Assembly: GCF_056712565.1 (NCBI RefSeq)
Contig: NZ_CM160072.1
Direction: 5' to 3' (one strand)
DNA: 64,000 nt
The notes beneath the pieces were generated by a model. The model was not told where the DNA came from. It did not search any database and worked only from the letters and a program-made list of their open reading frames with translations. This document shows, piece after piece, positions 1 to 11,112 of the stretch (positions are counted from its first letter, which is position 1; each line of letters opens with the position of its first letter). The translations under genes were made by a program, and so were the position numbers.

Positions 1-830
1 CCACCCAGTTCGATAAACAGCAGGCAGTTAATGGTCAGGGCAAAAATGTGATACAGCGGCAGCGCCGTCACCACCAGCTCTTTGCCCGGATGCAACAGCG
101 GACCATAGGTCGCGTTAACCTGTTCCAGGTTCGCCAGCATATTGCGGTGAGTCAGCATCGCGCCTTTCGCCACACCAGTGGTGCCGCCGGTGTATTGCAG
201 GAAAGCTAAATCTTCCGGCACCAGTTCTGGTTTGACATACTGCATCCGGTAGCCGTTGTGCAGGGCGCTACGAAATGAAATGGCATCTGGCAGATGGTAT
301 TTCGGCACCAGACGCTTGATGTATTTAACAACGAAATTGACTACCGTGCCTTTTGCCGTAGATAGCTGATCGCCCATACGGGTCAGAATAACGTGCTGAA
401 CGGCGGTTTTATCAACCACTTTTTCCAGAGTGTGGGCAAAGTTAGACACGATAACAATCGCCGATGCGCCGCTATCGTTAAGCTGATGCTCAAGCTCACG
501 CGGGGTATACAACGGGTTAACGTTTACGACGATCATCCCGGCACGCAAAATGCCAAACAGCGCCACCGGATATTGCAATAAGTTAGGCATCATCAACGCA
601 ACGCGATCGCCTTTCTTCAGCCCCAACCCTTGTTGCAAATAAGCGGCAAACGCGCGACTGCGTTCTTCCAGTTTGCGGAAGGTCATCACCTCCCCCATAT
701 TCACAAACGCGGGTTGATCGGCGTAGCGCGCGACCGACTGCTCAAACATATCTACCAGAGATTGATAACGGTCAGGGTTGATCTCCGTCGGAACGTCCGC
801 GGGATAACGGTTAAGCCAAACCTTCTTCAA
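1..830 (-). CDS. fadD: Long-chain-fatty-acid--CoA ligase (acyl-CoA synthetase), 3' end truncated by window edge; TTG start
   Basis: Reverse-strand translation from 830 reads [51 protein letters not shown]...; AMP-binding motif [12 protein letters not shown]; frame stays open to window start. Confidence 0.85.
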   Translation of the reverse strand, partial: MKKVWLNRYPADVPTEINPDRYQSLVDMFEQSVARYADQPAFVNMGEVMTFRKLEERSRAFAAYLQQGLGLKKGDRVALMMPNLLQYPVALFGILRAGMIVVNVNPLYTPRELEHQLNDSGASAIVIVSNFAHTLEKVVDKTAVQHVILTRMGDQLSTAKGTVVNFVVKYIKRLVPKYHLPDAISFRSALHNGYRMQYVKPELVPEDLAFLQYTGGTTGVAKGAMLTHRNMLANLEQVNATYGPLLHPGKELVVTALPLYHIFALTINCLLFIELG

Positions 831-1034
831 TTCTTCACCTCTAAAATGCGTGTTCGTCGTCATCGCAACCCCAAGTAATAAACATATCGTTAACATAATA
901 TTAACTCATCATACCAGCTTGATAATTACCCAACGAAAAGGTTGCGAAGCGCGTCACTATTTATTTTTATCTTTACCGTAAGAATGCAGAAACAGCGGAC
1001 CGGCCGCTGTTTCTTTTTCTTTAAAAACAAGCAA

Positions 1035-1616
1035 TTATTCAGTTACAACTGTTTGTACTCTCGCGGGGCCGGGATTATACCAGCCCCATCCGCCGTAGCC
1101 ATAGGGCCAGCCACGACCGCCATAAAACCATGGATCAATCGGCTGAGGCGGCATAATCACCTGCTGGGTTAAATGCCAACGTTTGTAACCCGTTACTTGC
1201 ATCACCATAAATTTATAGGGCGTATTACCGATTTTGCCGTCAACCGCACCGGTGATTGGCCCGACTACCGTCACCAGTTGTCCGCGGAAATCCACCGGGT
1301 CCAGAAAACCGTTCACATCGGCATAAATGCGACCGCGAGAAGGTTCTCCCAGCGTCGGTCTGGCTCCGCTGTCCAGTGGTACGGTGGCAATTTCCAGGCG
1401 GGTTTTCCCTTGCTGGTTTTGTACCGCAACCACTTTGCCGCCAAAGCGTGCCTCCTGACCAACGTACAGCTGCGGCGCACTCATCACCCGAACTAAATCT
1501 TGTTGCGGCGTGGGACTGCTGCCTTTAATGGCGTCCGGCACAGTGACACAACCGCTCAGCATTAGCGCAAACGTACCTGCCAGTATGCCTTTGATAACAT
1601 TCTTTTGAACCGCCAT
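1035..1616 (-). CDS. yeaY: Slp-family outer-membrane lipoprotein
   Basis: 193-aa [26 protein letters not shown]... with lipobox LSGC; synteny next to fadD/tsaB. Confidence 0.8.
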
Positions 1617-1655
1617 GATGCGACTCCTTTTTTTCTCAGGGCATACTCTTAAGAT

Positions 1656-2351
1656 TCATTCTTTGCCCGGAAGTTTCTTCCATGCGACGTTGTTACGTAA
1701 ATAAACTGGTTCAGCATGTTCCACCGCCACCGTTTTACCCTCGGCAAACATCTGGCACGCAATCGGCAGCATATCTTCTGCAGCGGGCAGTAACTCTTCG
1801 CCATCGCGCAAAACCAGCCCGCTCTCTTTACCGAGATCCGGCCAGGCTTGCCAGCCCGTCCCTACTGTCACCCATTCGCCGGAAAGCTGTTGCATTCGTT
1901 CATGAACGAGTTCGGGTTTGAGTACGGCTTCGGTTTCTTCACCGTGCCAGATACCGTTTTCATCACGCTGATATTCGGCCCAGTAAACTTCGCCCATTCG
2001 CGCGTCAATAGCTGCCAGCACGCGGGTTGCGCCGTTTTTGCGCCACGCCCCTTGCGCCATCGTCATTAGCGTGGAGACGCCAATCATTGGTAACTCCGCG
2101 CCAAGTGCCAGTCCTTGCGCAATGCCAATACCAATGCGCACGCCGGTGAAGCTACCGGGGCCGCGCCCGTAAGCCAGAGCGTTTATGTCAGTCAGGGAAG
2201 TTCCGCTGGTGGTCAGGATATCCTGCACCATCGGTAAGATTCGTTGAGTATGTTCACGAGGGCAAAGCTCAAAATGAGCGTTGACAGTACCGTCGTTCCA
2301 CAGGGCGACAGAGCAGGCCTCTGTCGCGGTATCGATAGCCAGAATTCGCAT
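1656..2351 (-). CDS. tsaB: tRNA threonylcarbamoyladenosine biosynthesis protein TsaB (YeaZ)
   Basis: 231-aa [24 protein letters not shown]...; Kae1/YgjD-family inactive paralog signature. Confidence 0.9.
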   Translation of the reverse strand: MRILAIDTATEACSVALWNDGTVNAHFELCPREHTQRILPMVQDILTTSGTSLTDINALAYGRGPGSFTGVRIGIGIAQGLALGAELPMIGVSTLMTMAQGAWRKNGATRVLAAIDARMGEVYWAEYQRDENGIWHGEETEAVLKPELVHERMQQLSGEWVTVGTGWQAWPDLGKESGLVLRDGEELLPAAEDMLPIACQMFAEGKTVAVEHAEPVYLRNNVAWKKLPGKE

Positions 2352-2408
2352 GGGTCTTCGTGCTTAGATCAATAAAAAGGCGCGCATCATACCATACTCC
2401 GTAACAAA

Positions 2409-4319
2409 TTACCTGGAGGATGGTATCGCAAGGAAACGAACCGCACGGGCAATGTCACGGGTGCGCGGCGCTGGCGGCAGACTGGCGAGAAACGTCGCGC
2501 CGTAAGGGCGCATCACCAGCCGATTGTCGCAAATCACTAACACGCCGCGATCGTCGGCGTCGCGAATCAATCGCCCTACCCCCTGCTTGAGAGTAATGAC
2601 CGCATCCGGCAGTTGTACTTCATCGAACGGATCACCACCGCGCAAACGGCAATCTTCCATGCGTGCTTTTAATAGTGGATCATCCGGCGAGGTAAACGGC
2701 AATTTGTCGATAATCACCAATGACAATGTATCGCCACGCACGTCCACCCCTTCCCAGAAACTGCTGGTTGCCACAAGAAGCGCGTTACCGGCGCTGACAA
2801 ATTGCTGCAACAGTTGCCCTTTGCTGGTTTCCCCCTGCAACAAAACGGGAAGCGTCATGGTAGCGCGGAACTGCTCGGCCAGATCGCGCATCATGGCGTG
2901 CGAGGTACAAAGCATAAAACAACGACCGTTGTTAGCTTCGATGATCGGTCGCAGCATTGCCGCCAGTTGCCGTGCGGAACCCGGTTGATTAGTTTGCGGC
3001 AGGTTGCGCGGCACACAGAGTAACGCCTGGCGGCTGTAATCAAAGGGGCTGGGTAACAGCAACGACTCTGCCAGTTCAATGCCAAGCCGCGAGGTGAAAT
3101 GATGCAGATCGTCGTTCACCGACAGCGTTGCTGAGGTAAAGATCCAGCTACCGGGTTTTTGCGCCATTAACTCTTTGAATTTATCCGCCACGCTGAGCGG
3201 CGTGAGAGCCAGAGTAAAATGGCGCGAAGTGCATTCGTACCAGTAGCTGTAGCCCGGCTGATTGATCTCTTTTAGCCGTTTCAGCCGTGTGCGATATAAC
3301 GTGGCGCGTTCAAATGCCGCATCCAGCAAGGCGGAACGCCCCAGCGACAGTTTCGCCACGTCATAACAAAGTTCCAGAGTGTCATCGAGCAGTAAAAATG
3401 CCCGCTGAATTTGCGGATTAGCTAACAGCTCACGCAGGTTACCGCGATAACCTGGCTCACCGAGTTGCAGGCGAAAATCCTGCGCACTCTGGGCAAGACG
3501 GTCAGCGCACTTTTGTAACTGCTGGGTGTCTTTTAATTCGGTGCGGTAGGCGATGGTGATGTCTTTTGCCAGGTCGAGCAGTTGTCGACTGGAGAGTGAC
3601 TGACCAAAATACTGGCTGGCAATGTCGGGCAGCTGGTGGGCTTCGTCGAAGATCATGACGTCAGCTTCCGGGATCAGTTCGCCAAATCCACTCTCTTTCA
3701 CCACCATATCCGCCAGAAAGAGATGATGGTTTACCACCACCACATCGGCGTCCATCGCTTTTTTGCGTGCTTTGACTACAAAGCAATCTTTATACATCGG
3801 GCAGTCGCTGCCAAGGCAGTTATCGTTGGTGCTGGTGACCAGCGGCCACGCCTGTGAATCTTCCGCCACGCTGACGCAGGTGCTGATATCACCATCGACT
3901 GTTTGATTAGACCAGGAGCGCAGCAGGATCACATCGCTTAATATTTGTACCGGCAGATCGCCGCCCGCTAGCGCCTGTTGTTCGAGACGTTCGAGGCAGA
4001 GGTAGTTTGAGCGCCCTTTCAGCAACGCCACGTTGCCCGTATATTTCAACGCCTTTGAAACCGTTGGCAAATCGCGGCTGTAGAGCTGATCCTGCAACGC
4101 TTTTGAACCGGTCGAGATAATGACTTTCTTTTTCGCCCGCAGCGCAGGGGCCAGGTAAGCGTAGGTTTTGCCCGTACCGGTTCCGGCTTCCACCACCAGC
4201 GGCTGGCCTTTTTCTATCGCCTGGGTGACGGCTACCGCCATCTGTCGCTGTGGTTCTCGCGGCTTAAAGCCTGGTATCGCTTTCGCCAACTGACCGTCTG
4301 GTGCAAAATCGTCCGTCAC
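2409..4319 (-). CDS. yoaA: DinG-family ATP-dependent DNA helicase YoaA
   Basis: 636-aa ORF; Walker A AGTGTGKT, DEAH box (IFDEAHQL), Fe-S cysteine cluster region. Confidence 0.9.
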   Translation of the reverse strand: MTDDFAPDGQLAKAIPGFKPREPQRQMAVAVTQAIEKGQPLVVEAGTGTGKTYAYLAPALRAKKKVIISTGSKALQDQLYSRDLPTVSKALKYTGNVALLKGRSNYLCLERLEQQALAGGDLPVQILSDVILLRSWSNQTVDGDISTCVSVAEDSQAWPLVTSTNDNCLGSDCPMYKDCFVVKARKKAMDADVVVVNHHLFLADMVVKESGFGELIPEADVMIFDEAHQLPDIASQYFGQSLSSRQLLDLAKDITIAYRTELKDTQQLQKCADRLAQSAQDFRLQLGEPGYRGNLRELLANPQIQRAFLLLDDTLELCYDVAKLSLGRSALLDAAFERATLYRTRLKRLKEINQPGYSYWYECTSRHFTLALTPLSVADKFKELMAQKPGSWIFTSATLSVNDDLHHFTSRLGIELAESLLLPSPFDYSRQALLCVPRNLPQTNQPGSARQLAAMLRPIIEANNGRCFMLCTSHAMMRDLAEQFRATMTLPVLLQGETSKGQLLQQFVSAGNALLVATSSFWEGVDVRGDTLSLVIIDKLPFTSPDDPLLKARMEDCRLRGGDPFDEVQLPDAVITLKQGVGRLIRDADDRGVLVICDNRLVMRPYGATFLASLPPAPRTRDIARAVRFLAIPSSR

Positions 4320-4450
4320 ACTACCCCCTGTTGATTTGAACAGGGATTATGTCAGGATGAGGGCGCTTTCGCCAGTTGAAGTGGTGACGGCGACCTCACA
4401 TTGTGGCAGTCTTTGCAGCACGAAAATGGAAGGATAATGAGGACAAAATG

Positions 4451-4795
4451 ATGACTATCGTTCGTATCGATGCTGAAGCCCGCTGGTCTGATGTGGTGAT
4501 CCACAACAACACGCTCTACTACACTGGTGTACCGGAAAACCTCGACGCCGATGCTTTTGACCAAACCGCCAACACGCTGGCGCAGATTGACGCCGTGCTG
4601 GAAAAACAGGGCAGCAATAAATCGAGCATTCTGGATGCCACCATTTTCCTGGCTGATAAAAACGACTTCGCGGCGATGAATAAAGCGTGGGATGCCTGGG
4701 TTGTCGCGGGTCATGCGCCGGTGCGCTGCACGGTACAAGCGGGTTTGATGAACCCGAAGTATAAAGTTGAAATTAAGATTGTGGCTGCGGTGTAA
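4451..4795 (+). CDS. yoaB: RidA/YjgF-family protein YoaB
   Basis: ORF-track frame 4403..4795; recognised protein begins at internal MTIVRIDAEARWS (ATG 4451). Confidence 0.8.
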   Translation: MTIVRIDAEARWSDVVIHNNTLYYTGVPENLDADAFDQTANTLAQIDAVLEKQGSNKSSILDATIFLADKNDFAAMNKAWDAWVVAGHAPVRCTVQAGLMNPKYKVEIKIVAAV

Positions 4796-5216
4796 GCTTT
4801 ATCGAAGCAAAATAAGTCAGACGATAATTTATCGATAATACTGGTCGGTTTTACATAAATCGACCAGAGATTAAGATATTACTGTTGATGCTCCTGCTAA
4901 TTCATTATTTATTTTTATAATTTCAATTTTAGCTATAAAACTAACTATATAAATAAACATAACAATGCCGTTGTGTTCGCCCTTCGATTAGCGTCTCTGG
5001 TTTTCTTTCTTAGCTGAACAATTTGGTTATAGCGTGAGAACTGACCGTTAATTTTCTCCCTCTTACTGGATAACACACCATGAGCTGCTACCTTTAAAAC
5101 ACCTGAATGTCAACAGGTTAACTCGTGCCATATCGTTATAATCCCTTTGATATTAGATGCAAATTAAGGTCATATATAGCCTTATCGATAACATGGTTAA
5201 TTTTAAGGATAAGAAT

Positions 5217-5516
5217 ATGCCTGCTGTAATAGATAAAGCCCTGGATTTCATTGGTGCCATGGATGTATCAGCACCAACACCAAGTTCGATGAATGAAAGT
5301 ACGGCGAAGGGAATCTTTAAATATTTAAAAGAACTGGGAGTACCCGCGAGTGCCGCTGATATTACGACGCGAGCTGACCTGGAAGGCTGGAACCCGGGGT
5401 TCACGGAAAAAATGGTTGGATGGGCAAAAAAAATGGAGTCTGGTGAACGCATTGTGATTAAAAATCCTGAATACTTTTCAACATATATGCAGGAAGAACT
5501 AAAAGCACTGGTCTAA
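5217..5516 (+). CDS. yoaC: Uncharacterised protein YoaC (DUF1889-like)
   Basis: ORF-track frame 5157..5516; likely start at MPAVIDKALDFIGAMD (5217); synteny. Confidence 0.7.
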   Translation: MPAVIDKALDFIGAMDVSAPTPSSMNESTAKGIFKYLKELGVPASAADITTRADLEGWNPGFTEKMVGWAKKMESGERIVIKNPEYFSTYMQEELKALV

Positions 5517-5544
5517 GTTAAATTTACATCAGCATAAATGGGTC

Positions 5545-5583
5545 AGGACGCTTTTAATCACATATGAAAAGCGTCCTTTTTCT
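5545..5583 (+). terminator. Rho-independent terminator downstream of yoaC (possibly shared with convergent yoaH)
   Basis: Inverted repeat AGGACGCTTTT...AAAAGCGTCCT followed by TTTTTCT. Confidence 0.55.
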
Positions 5584-5635
5584 CACAATCAAATAACCAT
5601 CGGCTTCTATAACGAAAGCGATACGGATAAGTGTG

Positions 5636-5815
5636 TTACTCGTCTTCATCCTCAAAACGCGCCACGATTCGCTCGCCGGAATGGTTGGCACGCAGCTCTT
5701 CTGCCACCAGCGCGATTGCCTGGCCGCTGCTCATCCCTTGAGCCATCAGTTCCTGGATCCGCTCGACAGCTTTTTGCTGCTGTTCATGGGTGAGTGAAGG
5801 TAAACCTGCAAACAT
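5636..5815 (-). CDS. yoaH: UPF0181 small protein YoaH (59 aa)
   Basis: Hand translation of minus strand: [59 protein letters not shown]; below the 60-aa ORF-track cutoff. Confidence 0.75.
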
Positions 5816-5888
5816 TGTTAACTCCTGCTAAATTGTTGGCGCTAATTATTTCATGCTACCCGGCACATAGCCAGTAGAGTCAGGACTG

Positions 5889-7250
5889 ATGAAGACGTTA
5901 TCTCCCGCTGTGATTACTTTACCCTGGCGTCAGGACGCCGCTGAATTTTATTTCTCACGCTTAAGCCACCTGCCGTGGGCGATGCTTTTACACTCCGGCT
6001 ATGCCGATCATCCATATAGCCGCTTTGATATTGTGGTCGCCGAGCCGATTTGCACTTTAACCACTTTCGGTAAAGAAACCGTTGTTAGTGAAAGCGAAAA
6101 ACGCACAACGACCACTGATGACCCGCTACAGGTGCTCCAGCAGGTGCTGGATCGCGCAGACATTCGCCCAGCGCATAACGAAGATTTGCCATTTCAGGGC
6201 GGCGCGCTGGGGTTGTTTGGCTACGATCTGGGCCGCCGTTTTGAGTCACTGCCAGAAATTGCGCAGCAAGATATCGTTCTGCCGGATATGGCAGTGGGTA
6301 TCTACGACTGGGCGCTGGTTGTCGACCACCAGCGTCAAACAGTTTCTTTGCTGAGTCATAATGATGTCAATGCCCGTCGGGCCTGGCTGGAAAGCCAGCA
6401 ATTCTCGCCGCAGGAAGATTTCACGCTCACTTCCGACTGGCAATCCAATATGACCCGCGAGCAGTACGGCGAAAAATTTCGCCAGGTACAGGAATATCTG
6501 CACAGCGGTGATTGCTATCAGGTGAATCTCGCCCAGCGTTTTCATGCGACCTATTCTGGCGATGAATGGCAGGCATTCCTTCAGCTTAATCAGGCCAACC
6601 GCGCGCCGTTTAGCGCTTTTTTACGCCTTGAGCAGGGCGCGATTTTAAGCCTTTCACCAGAGCGGTTTATCCTTTGTGATAATAGTGAAATCCAGACCCG
6701 CCCGATTAAAGGCACGCTACCACGCCTGCCCGATCCTCAGGAAGATAGCAAACAAGCAGAGAAACTGGCGAACTCAGCGAAAGATCGTGCCGAAAATCTG
6801 ATGATTGTCGATTTAATGCGTAATGATATCGGTCGTGTTGCCGTAGCAGGTTCGGTAAAAGTACCAGAGCTCTTCGTGGTGGAACCCTTCCCTGCCGTGC
6901 ATCATCTGGTCAGCACCATAACGGCGCAACTACCAGAACAGTTACACGCCAGCGATCTGTTGCGCGCGGCTTTTCCTGGTGGCTCAATAACCGGGGCACC
7001 GAAAGTACGGGCTATGGAAATTATCGACGAACTGGAACCGCACCGACGCAATGCCTGGTGCGGCAGCATTGGCTATTTGAGCTTTTGCGGCAACATGGAC
7101 ACCAGCATTACTATCCGCACGCTGACTGCCATTAACGGACAAATTTACTGCTCTGCGGGCGGTGGAATTGTCGCCGATAGCCAGGAAGAAGCGGAATATC
7201 AGGAAACTTTTGATAAAGTTAATAAGATATTACGCCAACTGGAGAAGTAA
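5889..7250 (+). CDS. pabB: Aminodeoxychorismate synthase component I
   Basis: 453-aa ORF MKTLSPAVITLPWRQDAAEFY...; chorismate-binding family C-terminal motifs. Confidence 0.9.
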   Translation: MKTLSPAVITLPWRQDAAEFYFSRLSHLPWAMLLHSGYADHPYSRFDIVVAEPICTLTTFGKETVVSESEKRTTTTDDPLQVLQQVLDRADIRPAHNEDLPFQGGALGLFGYDLGRRFESLPEIAQQDIVLPDMAVGIYDWALVVDHQRQTVSLLSHNDVNARRAWLESQQFSPQEDFTLTSDWQSNMTREQYGEKFRQVQEYLHSGDCYQVNLAQRFHATYSGDEWQAFLQLNQANRAPFSAFLRLEQGAILSLSPERFILCDNSEIQTRPIKGTLPRLPDPQEDSKQAEKLANSAKDRAENLMIVDLMRNDIGRVAVAGSVKVPELFVVEPFPAVHHLVSTITAQLPEQLHASDLLRAAFPGGSITGAPKVRAMEIIDELEPHRRNAWCGSIGYLSFCGNMDTSITIRTLTAINGQIYCSAGGGIVADSQEEAEYQETFDKVNKILRQLEK

Positions 7251-7253
7251 GAC

Positions 7254-7832
7254 GTGGAATACCGTAGCCTGACGCTTGATGATTTTTTATCGCGCTTTCA
7301 ACTTTTGCGCCCGCAAATTAACCGGGAAACCCTAAATCATCGTCAGGCTGCCGTGTTAATCCCCATCGTCCGTCGACCGCAACCGGGGTTGTTGCTGACT
7401 CAGCGTTCGATTCATCTGCGTAAACACGCTGGACAAGTGGCATTCCCTGGAGGCGCAGTCGATGACACGGACGCATCAGTTATCGCCGCTGCGCTGCGCG
7501 AAGCTGAAGAAGAGGTCGCTATACCGCCTTCCGCCGTTGAGGTTATCGGCGTGCTGCCGCCCGTCGATAGCGTCACTGGCTATCAGGTAACCCCAGTGGT
7601 CGGTATTATCCCGCCCGATCTGCCGTATCGCGCCAGTGAAGATGAAGTCTCCGCCGTCTTTGAAATGCCGCTCGCCCAGGCATTACATCTGGGTCGTTAT
7701 CATCCTTTAGATATCTACCGCCGTGGCGATTCACATCGGGTATGGCTGTCCTGGTACGAACAGTATTTTGTATGGGGAATGACCGCAGGCATAATTCGTG
7801 AGCTGGCGCTGCAAATTGGTGTGAAACCCTGA
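7254..7832 (+). CDS. nudL: Nudix CoA pyrophosphatase NudL (YeaB)
   Basis: 192-aa ORF with Nudix box [25 protein letters not shown]; 3 nt after pabB stop. Confidence 0.85.
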
Positions 7833-8015
7833 CTATACTTATCTTTACATCTACAAAACACTACTTGAGACAATCATCGCAATATTAGTTAAATCGCGGT
7901 TTTTGATTAGTTTAATTCATGTGAATAGTTAAGCCAGTCGCCGCGTTCCCTCTTACACTATGCGCTGTTATTAGTTCGTTACTGGAAGTCCAGTCACCTT
8001 GTCAGGAGTATTATC

Positions 8016-9380
8016 GTGATTAGTCTATTCGACATGTTTAAGGTGGGGATTGGTCCCTCATCTTCCCATACCGTAGGGCCTATGAAGGCGGGTAAACAGT
8101 TCGTCGATGATCTGGTCGAAAAAGGCTTACTGGATAGCGTTACTCGCGTTGCCGTGGACGTTTATGGTTCACTGTCGCTGACGGGTAAAGGCCACCACAC
8201 CGATATCGCCATTATTATGGGTCTTGCAGGTAACGAACCTGCCACCGTGGATATCGACAGTATTCCCGGTTTTATTCGCGACGTAGAAGAGCGCGAACGT
8301 CTGCTGCTGGCACAGGGACGGCATGAAGTGGATTTCCCGCGCGACAACGGGATGCGTTTTCATAACGGTAACCTGCCGCTGCATGAAAACGGTATGCAAA
8401 TCCACGCCTATAACGGCGATGAAGTCGTCTACAGCAAAACTTATTATTCCATCGGCGGCGGTTTTATCGTCGATGAAGAACACTTTGGTCAGGATGCTGC
8501 CAACGAAGTGAGCGTGCCGTATCCGTTCAAATCTGCCACCGAACTGCTCGCGTACTGTAATGAAACCGGCTTTTCGCTGTCTGGTCTCGCTATGCAAAAC
8601 GAACTGGCGCTGCACAGCAAGAAAGAGATCGACGAGTATTTCGCGCATGTCTGGCAAACCATGCAGGCATGTATCGATCGCGGGATGAATACCGAAGGCG
8701 TACTGCCAGGCCCGTTGCGCGTGCCACGTCGTGCGTCGGCCCTGCGCCGGATGCTGGTTTCCAGCGATAAACTGTCTAACGATCCGATGAATGTCATTGA
8801 CTGGGTAAACATGTTTGCGCTGGCAGTTAACGAAGAAAACGCCGCCGGTGGCCGTGTGGTAACTGCGCCAACTAACGGTGCCTGCGGTATCGTTCCGGCA
8901 GTGCTGGCTTACTATGACCACTTTATTGAATCAGTTAGCCCAGACATCTATACCCGTTACTTTATGGCAGCGGGCGCGATTGGTGCACTGTATAAAATGA
9001 ACGCGTCTATTTCCGGTGCGGAAGTCGGTTGCCAGGGCGAAGTAGGTGTTGCCTGTTCAATGGCTGCTGCGGGCCTTGCCGAGCTGTTGGGCGGTAGCCC
9101 GGAACAGGTTTGTGTGGCAGCGGAAATTGGCATGGAACACAACCTCGGTCTGACCTGCGACCCCGTTGCAGGGCAAGTTCAGGTGCCGTGCATTGAACGT
9201 AATGCCATTGCCTCTGTGAAGGCGATTAACGCCGCGCGGATGGCCCTGCGTCGCACCAGTGCACCGCGCGTCTCGCTGGATAAGGTCATCGAAACGATGT
9301 ACGAAACCGGTAAGGACATGAACGCTAAATACCGCGAAACCTCACGCGGTGGTCTGGCAATCAAAGTCCAGTGTGACTAA
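8016..9380 (+). CDS. sdaA: L-serine dehydratase 1 (Fe-S)
   Basis: 454-aa ORF (GTG start) MISLFDMFKVGIGPSSSHTVGPM... Confidence 0.9.
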   Translation: MISLFDMFKVGIGPSSSHTVGPMKAGKQFVDDLVEKGLLDSVTRVAVDVYGSLSLTGKGHHTDIAIIMGLAGNEPATVDIDSIPGFIRDVEERERLLLAQGRHEVDFPRDNGMRFHNGNLPLHENGMQIHAYNGDEVVYSKTYYSIGGGFIVDEEHFGQDAANEVSVPYPFKSATELLAYCNETGFSLSGLAMQNELALHSKKEIDEYFAHVWQTMQACIDRGMNTEGVLPGPLRVPRRASALRRMLVSSDKLSNDPMNVIDWVNMFALAVNEENAAGGRVVTAPTNGACGIVPAVLAYYDHFIESVSPDIYTRYFMAAGAIGALYKMNASISGAEVGCQGEVGVACSMAAAGLAELLGGSPEQVCVAAEIGMEHNLGLTCDPVAGQVQVPCIERNAIASVKAINAARMALRRTSAPRVSLDKVIETMYETGKDMNAKYRETSRGGLAIKVQCD

Positions 9381-9390
9381 TACTTCTTAT

Positions 9391-9422
9391 TCGCCCATCT
9401 GCAACGGATGGGCGAATTTATT
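9391..9422 (+). terminator. Rho-independent terminator after sdaA
   Basis: TCGCCCATC-tgcaacg-GATGGGCGA hairpin followed by ATTTATT. Confidence 0.55.
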
Positions 9423-9510
9423 CCCGCTTTCTCGTCTGCTGTAATTTTCCCCACTACACTTCCACTGTTGCGTCAGGCGTTTGTCGCCATACGCTTACAG
9501 GGTGGCCCGC

Positions 9511-11109
9511 ATGCAAAAAGCACAACGGATCATTAAAACCTATCGCCGTAATCGAATGATTGTTTGTACGATTTGCGCACTCGTTACGCTCGCTTCGACC
9601 CTGAGCGTGCGATTTATTTCACAGCGTAACTTAAATCAACAACGGGTAGTACAATTCGCCAATCACGCTGTAGAGGAATTAGATAAAGTACTGCTTCCCC
9701 TACAGGCAGGTAGCGAAGTCTTGCTTCCGCTGATTGGTCTGCCCTGCTCTGTCGCCCATTTGCCATTACGTAAACAGGCGGCAAAACTCCAAACTGTGCG
9801 ATCCATTGGCCTGGTGCAAGACGGCACACTTTATTGCTCCAGCATTTTTGGTTATCGCAATGTGCCCGTCGTGGACATTCTGGCTGAACTTCCTGCACCG
9901 CAACCACTTTTACGACTGACGACCGACCGTGCCCTGATAAAAGGCAGTCCGGTTTTGATTCAATGGACGCCTGCAGCGGGCAGTAGCAATGCTGGGGTCA
10001 TGGAGATGATTAACATCGACTTACTGACGGCAATGCTCCTTGAACCACAACTGCCGCAAATCAGTAGCGCCAGCCTGACGGTGGACAGTCGGCATTTGCT
10101 CTATGGTAATGGGCTGGTAGATTCCCTTCCGCAACCTGAAAACAATGAAAACTATCAGGTTTCTTCGCAACGCTTTCCTTTTACCATTAACGTTAATGGT
10201 CCGGGGGCTACGGCGCTGGCATGGCACTATCTTCCAACACAATTACCGCTGGCGGTGCTGCTAAGTTTACTTGTGGGCTATATCGCCTGGCTGGCGACCG
10301 CTTACCGAATGAGTTTTTCCCGCGAAATCAATCTGGGCCTGGCGCAACATGAGTTCGAATTGTTCTGCCAGCCTTTGCTTAATGCGCGCAGCCAGCAATG
10401 TATTGGCGTAGAGATTTTGCTGCGCTGGAACAATCCGCGTCAGGGCTGGATTTCGCCGGATGTGTTTATTCCTATCGCGGAAGAACATCATTTAATTGTG
10501 CCACTGACCCGCTATGTGATGGCAGAAACCATTCGTCAGCGCCATGTTTTCCCGATGAGTAGTCAGTTTCATGTTGGCATTAACGTCGCACCCAGCCATT
10601 TTCGCCGTGGTGTGCTGATAAAAGATCTCAATCAGTACTGGTTTAGCGCTCACCCGATTCAGCAACTGATCCTCGAAATCACCGAACGCGATGCCTTACT
10701 GGATGTTGATTATCGGATTGCCCGCGAGCTACATCGTAAAAACGTCAAACTGGCGATTGATGACTTCGGCACCGGCAATAGTTCATTTTCCTGGCTTGAA
10801 ACATTACGTCCTGACGTGCTGAAAATTGATAAGTCATTTACCGCAGCTATAGGTTCTGACGCGGTTAACTCGACGGTGACCGATATCATCATCGCACTGG
10901 GGCAAAGACTGAATATTGAACTGGTGGCGGAGGGTGTGGAAACGCAAGAACAGGCGAAATATTTGCGCCGTCATGGCGTCCATATTTTGCAAGGGTATTT
11001 GTACGCACAGCCGATGCCACTATGTGATTTTCCCAAATGGCTGGCGGGCAGCCAACCGCCGCCCGCCCGGCATAATGGACATATCACCCCCATTATGCCG
11101 TTACGTTAA
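9511..11109 (+). CDS. pdeD: c-di-GMP phosphodiesterase with periplasmic CSS-motif domain and EAL domain (PdeD/YoaD)
   Basis: ORF-track frame 9481..11109; likely start MQKAQRIIKTYRRN (9511); EAL-domain motifs EFELFCQP and DDFGTG. Confidence 0.8.
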   Translation: MQKAQRIIKTYRRNRMIVCTICALVTLASTLSVRFISQRNLNQQRVVQFANHAVEELDKVLLPLQAGSEVLLPLIGLPCSVAHLPLRKQAAKLQTVRSIGLVQDGTLYCSSIFGYRNVPVVDILAELPAPQPLLRLTTDRALIKGSPVLIQWTPAAGSSNAGVMEMINIDLLTAMLLEPQLPQISSASLTVDSRHLLYGNGLVDSLPQPENNENYQVSSQRFPFTINVNGPGATALAWHYLPTQLPLAVLLSLLVGYIAWLATAYRMSFSREINLGLAQHEFELFCQPLLNARSQQCIGVEILLRWNNPRQGWISPDVFIPIAEEHHLIVPLTRYVMAETIRQRHVFPMSSQFHVGINVAPSHFRRGVLIKDLNQYWFSAHPIQQLILEITERDALLDVDYRIARELHRKNVKLAIDDFGTGNSSFSWLETLRPDVLKIDKSFTAAIGSDAVNSTVTDIIIALGQRLNIELVAEGVETQEQAKYLRRHGVHILQGYLYAQPMPLCDFPKWLAGSQPPPARHNGHITPIMPLR

Positions 11110-11112
11110 CGC

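Noticed and set aside
8169-8921. 250-aa minus-strand ORF
   Set aside because: Lies entirely antisense within sdaA; typical shadow ORF in GC-rich coding sequence with no independent start context.
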